From contig CAYRPF010000020.1 in assembly GCA_964426185.1 (NCBI GenBank), forward strand, positions 1-16,819: a DNA stretch of 16,819 nt, written 5' to 3'. Shown in pieces: positions 1 through 8,816 of this stretch. Source of the stretch: an uncultured archaeon. Lineage in GTDB: Archaea > Asgardarchaeota > Lokiarchaeia > Sigyniarchaeales > Promethearchaeaceae. Under the pieces are notes generated by a model. That model was not told the DNA's origin. It did no database searches and was given only the letters and a program-made list of their open reading frames with translations. The position numbers were made by a program, and so were the translations under genes. Positions within the stretch are counted from its first letter, which is position 1; each line of letters begins with the position of its first letter.

Positions 1-49
1 CACAAAAGAAAGAAAAAATTTACAAATTTTCAAGATAAAATTTACTCAA

Positions 50-679
50 TTAATTTGCGTATTTTTTATTCAATTTTTGAAAGAAATTTTCCAATCTTTC
101 ATCAATTACTTGATTAATCTTTTTCAACAAATTTTCTTTCTGATAAATTTCCGTTAGAAATTGGATGAAAATAAGATTATATAATAAAGATAGATCTTCA
201 TCACTTTCATCATCTAACCGATTAATTTGGTTTTGAACCTGCTTGGTAATTGATTTGCCCGTTTTTGCTTCATAAAAATCCTTTATTGCTTGATTACCCA
301 TTTTATTAAAAATTATTTGGCGAATATGCTCCAAAGTCTTTGTAATAACTAGGTAATAAATCATAATTTCTTCGCTGTCAGTTTTTTTCATCTCTTCGAT
401 ATTTTGGGTTAAATTTGAAGCCAAAAAAGATAAATCTAAGTGAAATTTACTCTCAATCTTTTTTAAATAAGAAGGTATATCACCTTTGTAAATATCATCA
501 AAAAATCGATCGAGATCAACAATAAATAGTTGAAGAAGAGATTCTAAGCCAGGGATAGATATATAATTGTGAACATTCTTGCCCATGAGAAGATCTTGCC
601 CTTCACCGCGAACTACAAGTGCATAAACACCAAGTTGAATCATTTCATTCTGAATTTCTTCCATCGATTTCGATCTCAT
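50..679 (-). CDS. Hypothetical protein (209 aa, predicted mostly alpha-helical, soluble)
   Basis: 209-codon ORF in AT-rich DNA, divergent from the next gene. No recognisable motif. Alternative start at Met6 (664). Confidence 0.8.
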   Translation of the reverse strand: MRSKSMEEIQNEMIQLGVYALVVRGEGQDLLMGKNVHNYISIPGLESLLQLFIVDLDRFFDDIYKGDIPSYLKKIESKFHLDLSFLASNLTQNIEEMKKTDSEEIMIYYLVITKTLEHIRQIIFNKMGNQAIKDFYEAKTGKSITKQVQNQINRLDDESDEDLSLLYNLIFIQFLTEIYQKENLLKKINQVIDERLENFFQKLNKKYAN

Positions 680-816
680 GCTTTTTATCTATTTTAATTT
701 GACTCTTTGGTATAATAAATTTTTTTAGATCTAATGGTTGCTTTTTGGAATTCAGAACAATAATAAAGAAAATCCTTTTTGGAAGTCAGAATAATAGTAA
801 TCATATTAATAATAAT

Positions 817-1854
817 ATGGTGCTTTTAGTGCGAAAATTGATCTTAGTTAGATGGGATATGAGATTGGGACCTAATGCACTGGTTCAATTTCCACCAGAA
901 GCCTCTTTTCCTCCTAATGAAACTTTATTGCAAATTTGGGCAAAACATGAAACCACGCCCAACTCTGATTTTGTTGCAATAGTAGATGAAGAAAAGCAAG
1001 TAAAATATTGCTCGTTGTTGAAAATTGATTCAAAAACGCATGAAACATTCTTTATTATATTAGAACTTACAGTAGACTCAGATGTCCAGATTTATCAAGA
1101 AATTTTGAATTCCATAGGAAACGAACTTATCACAAATTACAATGCCCCTCATTTTACTCATATTTTATCAGAAACCTACCGTGCTATTAAAAATTATTCA
1201 GAAATGGATGAAAAACAGCTTTATTTTAGATTGTTTGAAGATAACACACGGATCCATATTCTTCAAATTTTACGGCAAGGTGTCATAAGTAAACGAGGAT
1301 TACGGGAAAAATTACGAACTCAATTTGGGTATACAAAATTGAATATTGATCTATTATTGACCCCTTTTCAAAGGCTCCGTCTAATTAAGATAATCAATGT
1401 TCCTGGAGAAGAAGAATCCATCTTCTTGGTTGCTGATCTATTTGCAATAAGAATCCCTCCTGCAATAAGACCAAACAATCATGTAATTCAAGAAAAAATC
1501 CAACAATTTTTTGTAAAAGATCGTATCATTCTTGAAACTGAACTTCATAAATTATTTCCGATATTTGAGAAGCGAGAAATTCTTCAATTGATTAATTTGA
1601 TTGCTTTACATAATGAAAACGGACTTGAATTTTCAGTAGGACTGGAACTTTTAAAAAATAAAAAAAATCTTTTATTAGAACTTGAAGCTGCAAATATTAT
1701 TGATATATCACAAGAAAATTTAATTTTCCTAATTAGTGATATTCAATTTCTAACCCATAAACCAAAATTTTTATTACCTATTCTTGCAAGGCGGTATAAA
1801 AATGAAGAAATTTCTCTCGATCAACTATTCAAGCAATTAAATCTAATTTTGTAA
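817..1854 (+). CDS. Longin/uDENN-like domain plus tandem winged-helix protein (Asgard-type; NPRL2/3-like layout)
   Basis: N-terminal hairpin 'RKLILVRWDMRLGPNALVQFPPE' is typical of uDENN/longin starts. It is followed by a helix and three strands ('FVAIVD','VKYCSLL','FFIILEL'). wHTH-like segments: 'RIHILQILRQGVISKRGLREKL...IDLLLTPFQRLRLIKII' and 'ILQLINLI...LLLELEAANIIDI'. The ORF track starts at TTG 745, but the first 24 codons are Asn-rich low complexity, so ATG 817 or GTG 829 is more likely. Confidence 0.65.
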   Translation: MVLLVRKLILVRWDMRLGPNALVQFPPEASFPPNETLLQIWAKHETTPNSDFVAIVDEEKQVKYCSLLKIDSKTHETFFIILELTVDSDVQIYQEILNSIGNELITNYNAPHFTHILSETYRAIKNYSEMDEKQLYFRLFEDNTRIHILQILRQGVISKRGLREKLRTQFGYTKLNIDLLLTPFQRLRLIKIINVPGEEESIFLVADLFAIRIPPAIRPNNHVIQEKIQQFFVKDRIILETELHKLFPIFEKREILQLINLIALHNENGLEFSVGLELLKNKKNLLLELEAANIIDISQENLIFLISDIQFLTHKPKFLLPILARRYKNEEISLDQLFKQLNLIL

Positions 1855-1866
1855 TATTATGTATTC

Positions 1867-4800
1867 TTATAAATTAATTACTGCAAATCCTACCAAATCA
1901 GCATTAATTTGAAGAATTTTGTGTTGTTTCAGCCGTTTGAGTTTAGCTGGTATATCAAATTCCATTTCTTCGAGCTTTTCTAGCCAATACTTTATTTCAT
2001 TCTCTAAATATTCAATTTCATGATGTAGTTTATCAATTTGTCTTTCTTTATGGGCCCGTTTTTTCATTTCAACAATATTTTTCAAATTTTGAAGTTGCCG
2101 TTCAGTAGGAAGTTTGACTTTTTTAACCCTTAAGGTTGTTTTCAATTTGTCTAAATGGAACATAATATATTTTTTTTTCATTTCGGCAGTAGCAAGCAGT
2201 TTTTTCTTCTCGCGGCTGTATCGTTTACGATTCTCTTGAATAAGATATTCAATACGAGGGGTTGCTTCTTGTTTTAATCCATTCAACGCTTGTTGATATA
2301 ACTCACGAATTTTTGACTCATTAATTATTGATTTGAATTGATACATTTGGTTATTTTTCTCAAGGGGAATGAATATTTGGGAAAATTTAGCAGGATGGTA
2401 AAATATAGGGATTAAAGAATGAAAAATTAATCCCGAAGAACTAATTATAATGGGATAGATTATTTTTTCAATTAGAATTCCGATAGTTTTGAGCTCTATA
2501 TAAAATAGATATAATATTTCATTTTCTTTCAGAATACGTTGTAATTCAAGCTTTTCTGATGTTGTTAAAGAAAATTTTGACTGCCTTATCCATTTTATTA
2601 GTCGAGAAGAATCGATCTGAAGATATGAAGTGAACCCTGAAAAATCGTCTCGTGCACAGAATTCGGCAGTTTTCATAATTAATTCATGACCAAGGGCAAA
2701 AAAATCAATTTCTTCGTACTTTTGGGCAATTTCCATTGAAAAAGTTCCTTCATAATGACGGGACGATGCTCGAATATGGGAGCGAAATTGTTCGTTTATT
2801 ATAATTTTCCAAAATTCTATCTTATTTTTTGACAAGGTTTTTTCTAAAACCAAACCATTGGAAAATTGAGTTAATAAGGAACGCATAATGTTTTGATTAT
2901 TGTAGTTAGCTTGATGAGTAAAATCTTGAATTTTCTTTAAAAATTGGAATATATCTTCAGAATTCAATATTTTATCATTTTGAAGGTTTTTCATCATACT
3001 TGAGGTTTGGAATGATTTTTGATCCAGAACAAAATCGTCTAACTTTGCATATACTTCCTCTATTTTATCAGCGGTTTTGGTAATTACTTCTTCTAATCGG
3101 AATTTATAAGGAATTTCATCTTCACGTAAAACCAAATCTGTTATTTGCTTTTCTAAACCGCCTAAAATAGGTTCAAGTGAACCGATCGATTCTTCAAAAA
3201 GATGAATTCGATCAATAATCGCATTTACAATAGAAGATTCTACTGTATCAGCTATATAAAAATTGTATATCCAAATATCTTTGGTCTGTCCTATGCGATC
3301 TAATCTCCCAATGCGCTGTTCTAATCTCATTGGATTCCAAGGGAGATCGTAATTTATAATAATATGACAAAATTGAAAATTTCTTCCTTCTCCTCCAATT
3401 TCAGTAGACAAGAGAATAGAATGCGTTGTTTTAAATTTATAAACTTCTTGATTTTTTTGTTTTTCATTAAGATCCCCATGAAAATGCGCTACCATGATTG
3501 ATTTTTTTTCGAAAATCGAAGAGAGATAAAAGAGAGTGGCTTTAAATTGTGTAAAAATAATTATTTTCTCATTGGGGTTCTTGCTTAAAATATCATGGAT
3601 TATTTCTTGGAGTCTTTCTGCTTTTGAATCTATCTTAAGAGATTTCAAATCTTGAACAAATTCCTTCAAAATTTTAATGTGATCTTTGATATTTAATTCA
3701 TTTTCTTTTTTGGGCTTCATTAACCGCTTTCGTTTGTAGTAAATCATTCGATCTTCCAACTCAAATTCTTCCACCCCCAAGTCTAAGTCTAATTCTGCTT
3801 CATCATCTTGGAATTCTTGATGAATTTGAATCTCTGTTTGAAACTTTGTTAACATCTCTTCATTTTCTTCTAAATATCTAATTCGACGCTGTAAACTTTT
3901 AGTTATCGCAGGAACTGAGCTTGTTAATAGCTTTTGTAAAATTATCATTATAAAACCTGTTCCTGCAGTGCCTCCTTCAAAATTTCGAGAATATATCTTA
4001 GCGAGATAAAGGTGTATTTTATTGTATATACTGAGTTCTTCAGGCGTAAGGATTACATCAATAATTTTTGGAATTCGTCGGATTTTATGATTAGGAAATA
4101 CACGCTTTCGTCTGTTCCGAATAACATAATCGCTCAGAAAATGTTTTCGCTCTAAAATCTTAATAAGTTCCACTCGAAAGGATTCTTGGGATAATTTTGA
4201 ATCTAAATCTTCAATTTGATAATTTGGTAGAAAATTCAAGATATTATAGGTTAAAGAACGACGTTCAAAGGCGCTAATTCTAGAAAAGTTCAATAATTGT
4301 TTAATAATTAAATTGAGCATAATTAAATTCTTACGTTCAGATTCAAAACTTTCAAAATTAGGAAATCGATAAGGATCCAACAAACAGATTAATGAATATA
4401 AATCAAAAGCATGCAATTGAATGGGAGTAGCAGTTAAAAGGAGTAAATTATGAGTTTTTGAGGATAGTTGTTCTGCTAAATCATAGGCTAATGTTGTCCG
4501 ATAAAGATCGGTTTTAGCGTTCACTAAATATCGACGTAGGTGGTGAGCTTCATCAAAAACCACAATATCCCATTCTATTTGTAATAATTTTAATGAACAT
4601 TGAGGTAAACGTGCAAATTGAAGAGATACTGTGCATAATGTATATTCTTCTCCTGATTTCATATCTTGGAAGTTTCCTGAAGAAAAATTTACTTGCGTAT
4701 TTTTCAAACGAGCAGAATCCAAGCGAGTGAAATTAAGGCTAAATTTATTCTCCATTTCAAATTCCCACTGAGAACAAAGGCTTGCTGGAGCTATAATTAA

Positions 4801-5634
4801 AATTCTGCGTGCCAATTTCCGTGCCAGCATTTCCTTAATGTAAATTCCCGCTTCAATAGTTTTTCCTAAACCAACTTCATCAGCTAAAATCATTCGAGAT
4901 TCATTTTGCTGAAGTAAATGATGCGCTACTGAGACTTGATGGGGAAGAAGTGATAATCGAGAATTAGTAACTATCTTTAAATAATTACTACTGTAAAGAT
5001 CAAGTATTTGAACTGCCCAAATATGAATCAAGAAGGGAATATCTGCAGAAACTCGATGATAAAGAAATTCTGAAATGGGATCTAATACATTTTCCCGAAT
5101 CCGAAATTCTTCAATCCATATTGTCTTACCTGTAGATAGTTGAACTTGATAGCGCAAAATATTATCTGGCTCATGCAAGCGCCTGTTTTGAATTATTCCT
5201 ATTGACATGTTTGCCTTTCTATCTTTATTTTTATCTGTTTTATTCGATTTATTTATTCTATCTAAGTCAAACTTAGAGTTAAATCGAACCCTATCTCCGA
5301 TAAACCAAACATGGTGAATAATTTCTCGCGGGTAAACTATTTGTGTAGATTTGGCTTCAAAATCAACGATATATTTAAAATAAACTTGATCGGCACCTTT
5401 TTTATGAGTGTTAAAGTCGACTATAGATGAATGTCTGGTTGTAATTCCAGTTAGTTGTTTGGAATAATATTTAACTTCAATTATTTCTCCAATTCCGAGA
5501 TCTGGATTAAATCGATGACGAACACGATTTCTCAGCACAAATGTAAATGAAGGACACGTTTTATTGGTGCAAAGTCCAGGAAGATTAAACTCGGAAACTT
5601 CTAATAAAGAATTACAAAAAGGACATTTCTCCAT
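1867..5634 (-). CDS. SNF2-family (RapA/HepA-like) SF2 helicase/ATPase with N-terminal Zn-ribbon, Tudor/SH3-like units and C-terminal coiled coil
   Basis: Motifs: Q 'LLPHQ', I 'LADEVGLGKT', Ia 'IIAPASLCSQW', II 'DEAHH', III 'LLLTATP', IV 'IIIFTQF', V 'STEIGGEGRNFQ', 'YDLPWNPMRLEQ', VI 'QRIGRLDRIGQ'. N-terminal CPFC...CTNKTC. Confidence 0.93.
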   Translation of the reverse strand: MEKCPFCNSLLEVSEFNLPGLCTNKTCPSFTFVLRNRVRHRFNPDLGIGEIIEVKYYSKQLTGITTRHSSIVDFNTHKKGADQVYFKYIVDFEAKSTQIVYPREIIHHVWFIGDRVRFNSKFDLDRINKSNKTDKNKDRKANMSIGIIQNRRLHEPDNILRYQVQLSTGKTIWIEEFRIRENVLDPISEFLYHRVSADIPFLIHIWAVQILDLYSSNYLKIVTNSRLSLLPHQVSVAHHLLQQNESRMILADEVGLGKTIEAGIYIKEMLARKLARRILIIAPASLCSQWEFEMENKFSLNFTRLDSARLKNTQVNFSSGNFQDMKSGEEYTLCTVSLQFARLPQCSLKLLQIEWDIVVFDEAHHLRRYLVNAKTDLYRTTLAYDLAEQLSSKTHNLLLLTATPIQLHAFDLYSLICLLDPYRFPNFESFESERKNLIMLNLIIKQLLNFSRISAFERRSLTYNILNFLPNYQIEDLDSKLSQESFRVELIKILERKHFLSDYVIRNRRKRVFPNHKIRRIPKIIDVILTPEELSIYNKIHLYLAKIYSRNFEGGTAGTGFIMIILQKLLTSSVPAITKSLQRRIRYLEENEEMLTKFQTEIQIHQEFQDDEAELDLDLGVEEFELEDRMIYYKRKRLMKPKKENELNIKDHIKILKEFVQDLKSLKIDSKAERLQEIIHDILSKNPNEKIIIFTQFKATLFYLSSIFEKKSIMVAHFHGDLNEKQKNQEVYKFKTTHSILLSTEIGGEGRNFQFCHIIINYDLPWNPMRLEQRIGRLDRIGQTKDIWIYNFYIADTVESSIVNAIIDRIHLFEESIGSLEPILGGLEKQITDLVLREDEIPYKFRLEEVITKTADKIEEVYAKLDDFVLDQKSFQTSSMMKNLQNDKILNSEDIFQFLKKIQDFTHQANYNNQNIMRSLLTQFSNGLVLEKTLSKNKIEFWKIIINEQFRSHIRASSRHYEGTFSMEIAQKYEEIDFFALGHELIMKTAEFCARDDFSGFTSYLQIDSSRLIKWIRQSKFSLTTSEKLELQRILKENEILYLFYIELKTIGILIEKIIYPIIISSSGLIFHSLIPIFYHPAKFSQIFIPLEKNNQMYQFKSIINESKIRELYQQALNGLKQEATPRIEYLIQENRKRYSREKKKLLATAEMKKKYIMFHLDKLKTTLRVKKVKLPTERQLQNLKNIVEMKKRAHKERQIDKLHHEIEYLENEIKYWLEKLEEMEFDIPAKLKRLKQHKILQINADLVGFAVINL

Positions 5635-5677
5635 ACAATAAGAAAAATTTACAATAGTTAATGGATTTTTCCAACTA

Positions 5678-6559
5678 ATGTTCTCTTTGATTGAATTTTT
5701 GCTTATTGGGGCGCCGTATATAGATGAATTACCAATTGGAGCAAAAAGAGCTTATAAAATCACCCAAATACTTCCTATTCTAATTCAACCTGTCAAAGAT
5801 ATTGCCCAACGGCTTTATAAATCAATTCAAAAAGAATCAAATCTCGGAATTCTCACAGGATTCCCTATCCAAGGTACTTTTGAAACAGATGGTCCACTGG
5901 GTGCTTTTATATTGGGCGATTTTCTCGCTTCAAGAAGAATTCAAGTAAATTTGATTTTAGAATCCCCTTTGAAGCAAAAAATCCAGCAATTACCATGGAA
6001 TAATTCTGCTAGAAACTATATTAAATTCACTTCAATTTCTCAATTAGACAAAATCCCGCCAGTAATGATATCAATTGAATATCCCGGACAAAATATAAAG
6101 GGAATCTGCCATAACATGAAGGGTTATCCTCTTTCTCAGCACATTTTTGATATTGAATCAATGATAGATTCAGAACCACCAAAATATTGGTTGGGAATTG
6201 GGGATGGAGGTAATGAGTTAGGACTTGGAAAAATTCGAAGTCGAATAATAAAGGTGATAAAATTTGGCAAATCTTGTCGTTGTGAATGCGGAGGAGGGAT
6301 TGCTGCATTTCGTTCTTCTAATGAATTTCTTTTGGGAATTACTTCAAATTTAGCCAGCTTAATTATAACTTATGAATTATCGATATTATTTGGCGAAACT
6401 CTGAAATATTCATGGAAGAAGGAAACTCAACTGCTTGCTCGATTAAATTCATTAGGAATTATTGATGGAATTACTGGAAAATTTGGCACTGTTGATTCAA
6501 TTCCCCCACAATTAGCTAAAAAAATAATTGGAAGCATTATACAGCATTATTCTATCTGA
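5678..6559 (+). CDS. DUF4392 / D-glutamate cyclase-like C-terminal domain protein
   Basis: Family motifs 'ILTGFP', 'ETDGPLGA', 'SIEYPG', 'HNMKG', 'GIGDGGNELGLG', 'TSN', 'GIIDG...VD'. Confidence 0.85.
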   Translation: MFSLIEFLLIGAPYIDELPIGAKRAYKITQILPILIQPVKDIAQRLYKSIQKESNLGILTGFPIQGTFETDGPLGAFILGDFLASRRIQVNLILESPLKQKIQQLPWNNSARNYIKFTSISQLDKIPPVMISIEYPGQNIKGICHNMKGYPLSQHIFDIESMIDSEPPKYWLGIGDGGNELGLGKIRSRIIKVIKFGKSCRCECGGGIAAFRSSNEFLLGITSNLASLIITYELSILFGETLKYSWKKETQLLARLNSLGIIDGITGKFGTVDSIPPQLAKKIIGSIIQHYSI

Positions 6560-7173
6560 TCCAACTCTAATTCAATATTTTTCAGACTAAGCTGAAACGA
6601 TTCTTGTAATTTTTCAAGTTTTTTTCTTCGAAGCTTAATATCGATTTCAGTTTTTGGTTTTTGTAGTGCAATATTTGCCACTCTAGCTGGAATTAATGCT
6701 AATTTAGAAATTACATCTTCTTTTTTATCTTGATCAGTGAATTTCAAGATAAAAGGAGTCAATATATTCAAATATTGAAGAATAAAACCTAAATCTCCTT
6801 CAAAATTTAATAACACAGTTTCATCAATCGCCTTTCGACCTCGTTCTTTTAGCTTATATACTTTTTTCACAGGACCTAATGGTGATTGTTTACGGACACC
6901 GCTTATCATCTGTTTTTTTCCTTCTAGCTTAGAAAGTATAGGATATATCGTTCCTGATTTCGCTTCCCATGATCCTTGAAACAACTCATTTAATTCTTGG
7001 ATCATCTCATACCCATACTGCCCAACTGGTTCTCCTTCATTTCTTAACTCCCTTGATCGCAATTGAGCCAAAATTAACACTTCTAGCGGGCTTAAATTGA
7101 TCTTTTCTTTCTTTTTCCCTTCTTTAGAGCCATTTTCCATTTGAACTTCGACGGATTTTCCGATCCAAAACAT
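6547..7173 (-). CDS. PadR-family transcriptional regulator
   Basis: 'LSPLEVLILAQL...YGYEMIQEL...GSWEAKSGTIYPILSKLE...KKVYKLKERGR' is the PadR wHTH signature. SD-like AGGTGA lies about 10 nt upstream of ATG 7173. The 3' end overlaps the convergent DUF4392 gene by 13 nt. Confidence 0.9.
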   Translation of the reverse strand: MFWIGKSVEVQMENGSKEGKKKEKINLSPLEVLILAQLRSRELRNEGEPVGQYGYEMIQELNELFQGSWEAKSGTIYPILSKLEGKKQMISGVRKQSPLGPVKKVYKLKERGRKAIDETVLLNFEGDLGFILQYLNILTPFILKFTDQDKKEDVISKLALIPARVANIALQKPKTEIDIKLRRKKLEKLQESFQLSLKNIELELDQIE

Positions 7174-7192
7174 ATTGTAAATTCACCTAAAA

Positions 7193-7756
7193 CTAAATTT
7201 GGCGGTCTTCTGGTGGATGATGATCTCGCTGAACTTTCTGGAGTTTTTTTAATTCTTTCTCCACTTTTCTCTCAATCCAATTAAGTTCATCCGATGTTTC
7301 TTGAGAAGGAATGGTATAAAAGTACATTATCATATGAATGATTAGAATACCACTCCAAGCACCGAATGGATACCAAAACCATACCATAAAACTCCAACGT
7401 GGTGTTGCTGTGAAGAAATCAATGAATAATATAAATAAGTTAAGAATAACATAAGCCCAAACATGATACAATAAGATTAAGGTAGCAATATGAACGATTC
7501 CTTTTTTATATAGAATATAATAAAACACATGGGTCAATATAACGATTCCCCACCCAATCAAAGCCCAAAGAAACCATGGATAGGTCTGATCTGTAAGGTA
7601 ATTTATCACAAAAAGCAAGAGATTGACAAAACAATAAATTAAAGCATGTAAAACCAAAAAAAATCGTTGAAGAACGATTTCTTTAGCAATTTTACGTAAT
7701 CCATCATCATTAAATTCTTTCAGACGCATATCATTTGTTGTATGATTATCATTCAA
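7193..7756 (-). CDS. Membrane protein with two tandem 2TM domains (Pfam 2TM-like)
   Basis: Two copies of the pattern H-x3-Y-x3-N...W-F-x-W/Y-x4-W-x6-H: 'HALIYCFVN...PWFLWALIGWGIVILTH' and 'HVWAYVILN...WFWYPFGAWSGILIIH', then 'WIERKVEKEL'. TTG start preceded by SD-like AGGAGATGA. Probably co-transcribed with padR (19 nt gap). Confidence 0.85.
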   Translation of the reverse strand: MNDNHTTNDMRLKEFNDDGLRKIAKEIVLQRFFLVLHALIYCFVNLLLFVINYLTDQTYPWFLWALIGWGIVILTHVFYYILYKKGIVHIATLILLYHVWAYVILNLFILFIDFFTATPRWSFMVWFWYPFGAWSGILIIHMIMYFYTIPSQETSDELNWIERKVEKELKKLQKVQRDHHPPEDRQI

Positions 7757-7834
7757 ATTTGATCATCTCCTTCATTTGGTTGAATCTTTACTTCTTTTCA
7801 ACATAATTATAACAAGTGGTAACTTTAGTTCATG

Positions 7835-7886
7835 TATAACTATATCGGATGATAATATGTTATATTCATTTTTTTCCCTTAATAAA
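7835..7886 (-). promoter_or_regulatory. Putative promoter (TATA box) and palindromic operator for the 2TM-padR operon
   Basis: Minus-strand TTTATTAA at 7879-7886. Imperfect inverted repeat TATAAC-TA-TATC-ggat-GATA-ATAT-GTTATA at 7835-7864 covers the expected transcription start (~7855). Confidence 0.45.
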
Positions 7887-7950
7887 TATTGTTAACACTA
7901 CATAGTGTAGAAATTATTAATGCCCTTTTCTATGGAGTTACGATCAATAC

Positions 7951-8754
7951 ATGCCTGAATTACCCGAAGTTGAAACATATCGCCGCTATTTTTCGCTGAC
8001 ATCTCTAAATCAAACGGTAAAAGAAGTAGAAATTCTAGATGCCACCATTCTACGCCGTCCTAATTTGGAAGATTTTGTGAAAAAAATAAAGTGTTCTACA
8101 TTTATTAAAACTACACGCATCGGCAAATATCTTTTCGTCCATCTGTACCCTCGGGGAGTTCTGCTTTTACATTTCGGAATGACGGGTGATATCCGTTATA
8201 ATAGAAGGGAAGAACTTCCCAATTTGGCGCCTATAATTACACGACATGATCGCATCCGATTCTATTTTGATTCTAATGGTGTACTTTCGATAATTTCTCA
8301 GAGAAAATTTGCCCGGATTGAATGGTGGCCATCTGTACAAGATTGCATCAACATTCGTAAATTAGGGAAAGATGCTTTGGAAATAGAATTAAATGAATTT
8401 ATCGAAGTGATTCAATCAAGCACACGTGCGATTAAAGCAATTTTGTTAGATCAACACAGAATCTCTGGTCTTGGAAATTTATATGCGGATGAACTACTAT
8501 TCCAAACCCAAATATCTCCCCTCTCCTCCGGAAATCAATTGTTCACATCTCAAATCGAAAAATTGTGGAAAAAAATGAGAAAAATCTTAAAAATTGCGGT
8601 TGATCTGGCTGCAGATTATGGAAAGTTCCCTGAAAATTTTTTTCTTTTCTCCAGAAAAATCGAAGGTGTTTGTCCGCGATGTAATACTAAATTAGAAATG
8701 ACAATAATTGGACAACGAACCACCATTTTTTGTCCAAAATGTCAGCATCGTTAA
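7951..8754 (+). CDS. mutM: Fpg/Nei-family DNA glycosylase/AP lyase (formamidopyrimidine-DNA glycosylase)
   Basis: Catalytic N-terminus 'MPELPEVE', 'RIGKYL', 'HFGMTG', 'QRKFA', H2TH 'IKAILLDQHRISGLGNLYADELLF', and C-terminal Zn finger 'CPRC...GQRTTIFCPKCQ'. Confidence 0.93.
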   Translation: MPELPEVETYRRYFSLTSLNQTVKEVEILDATILRRPNLEDFVKKIKCSTFIKTTRIGKYLFVHLYPRGVLLLHFGMTGDIRYNRREELPNLAPIITRHDRIRFYFDSNGVLSIISQRKFARIEWWPSVQDCINIRKLGKDALEIELNEFIEVIQSSTRAIKAILLDQHRISGLGNLYADELLFQTQISPLSSGNQLFTSQIEKLWKKMRKILKIAVDLAADYGKFPENFFLFSRKIEGVCPRCNTKLEMTIIGQRTTIFCPKCQHR

Positions 8755-8816
8755 TTTCTAAGTACATAATTACTTTATAGCAAATGCTTATATGGAAAAT
8801 TAGGCTAAATTAAAAT

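Noticed and set aside
745-816. TTG-start N-terminal extension of the longin-wHTH ORF
   Set aside because: Asn-rich low-complexity sequence from AAT repeats in a probable promoter region; the domain starts at about 829.
6027-6308. 93-aa minus-strand ORF
   Set aside because: Antisense shadow inside the well-supported DUF4392 gene; no motifs.
1867-7756. Anti-phage defence island reading (SNF2 helicase as DISARM DrmD, 2TM protein as effector)
   Set aside because: No methylase, DUF1998, PLD nuclease or cyclase nearby, and the genes are in mixed orientations among housekeeping functions.
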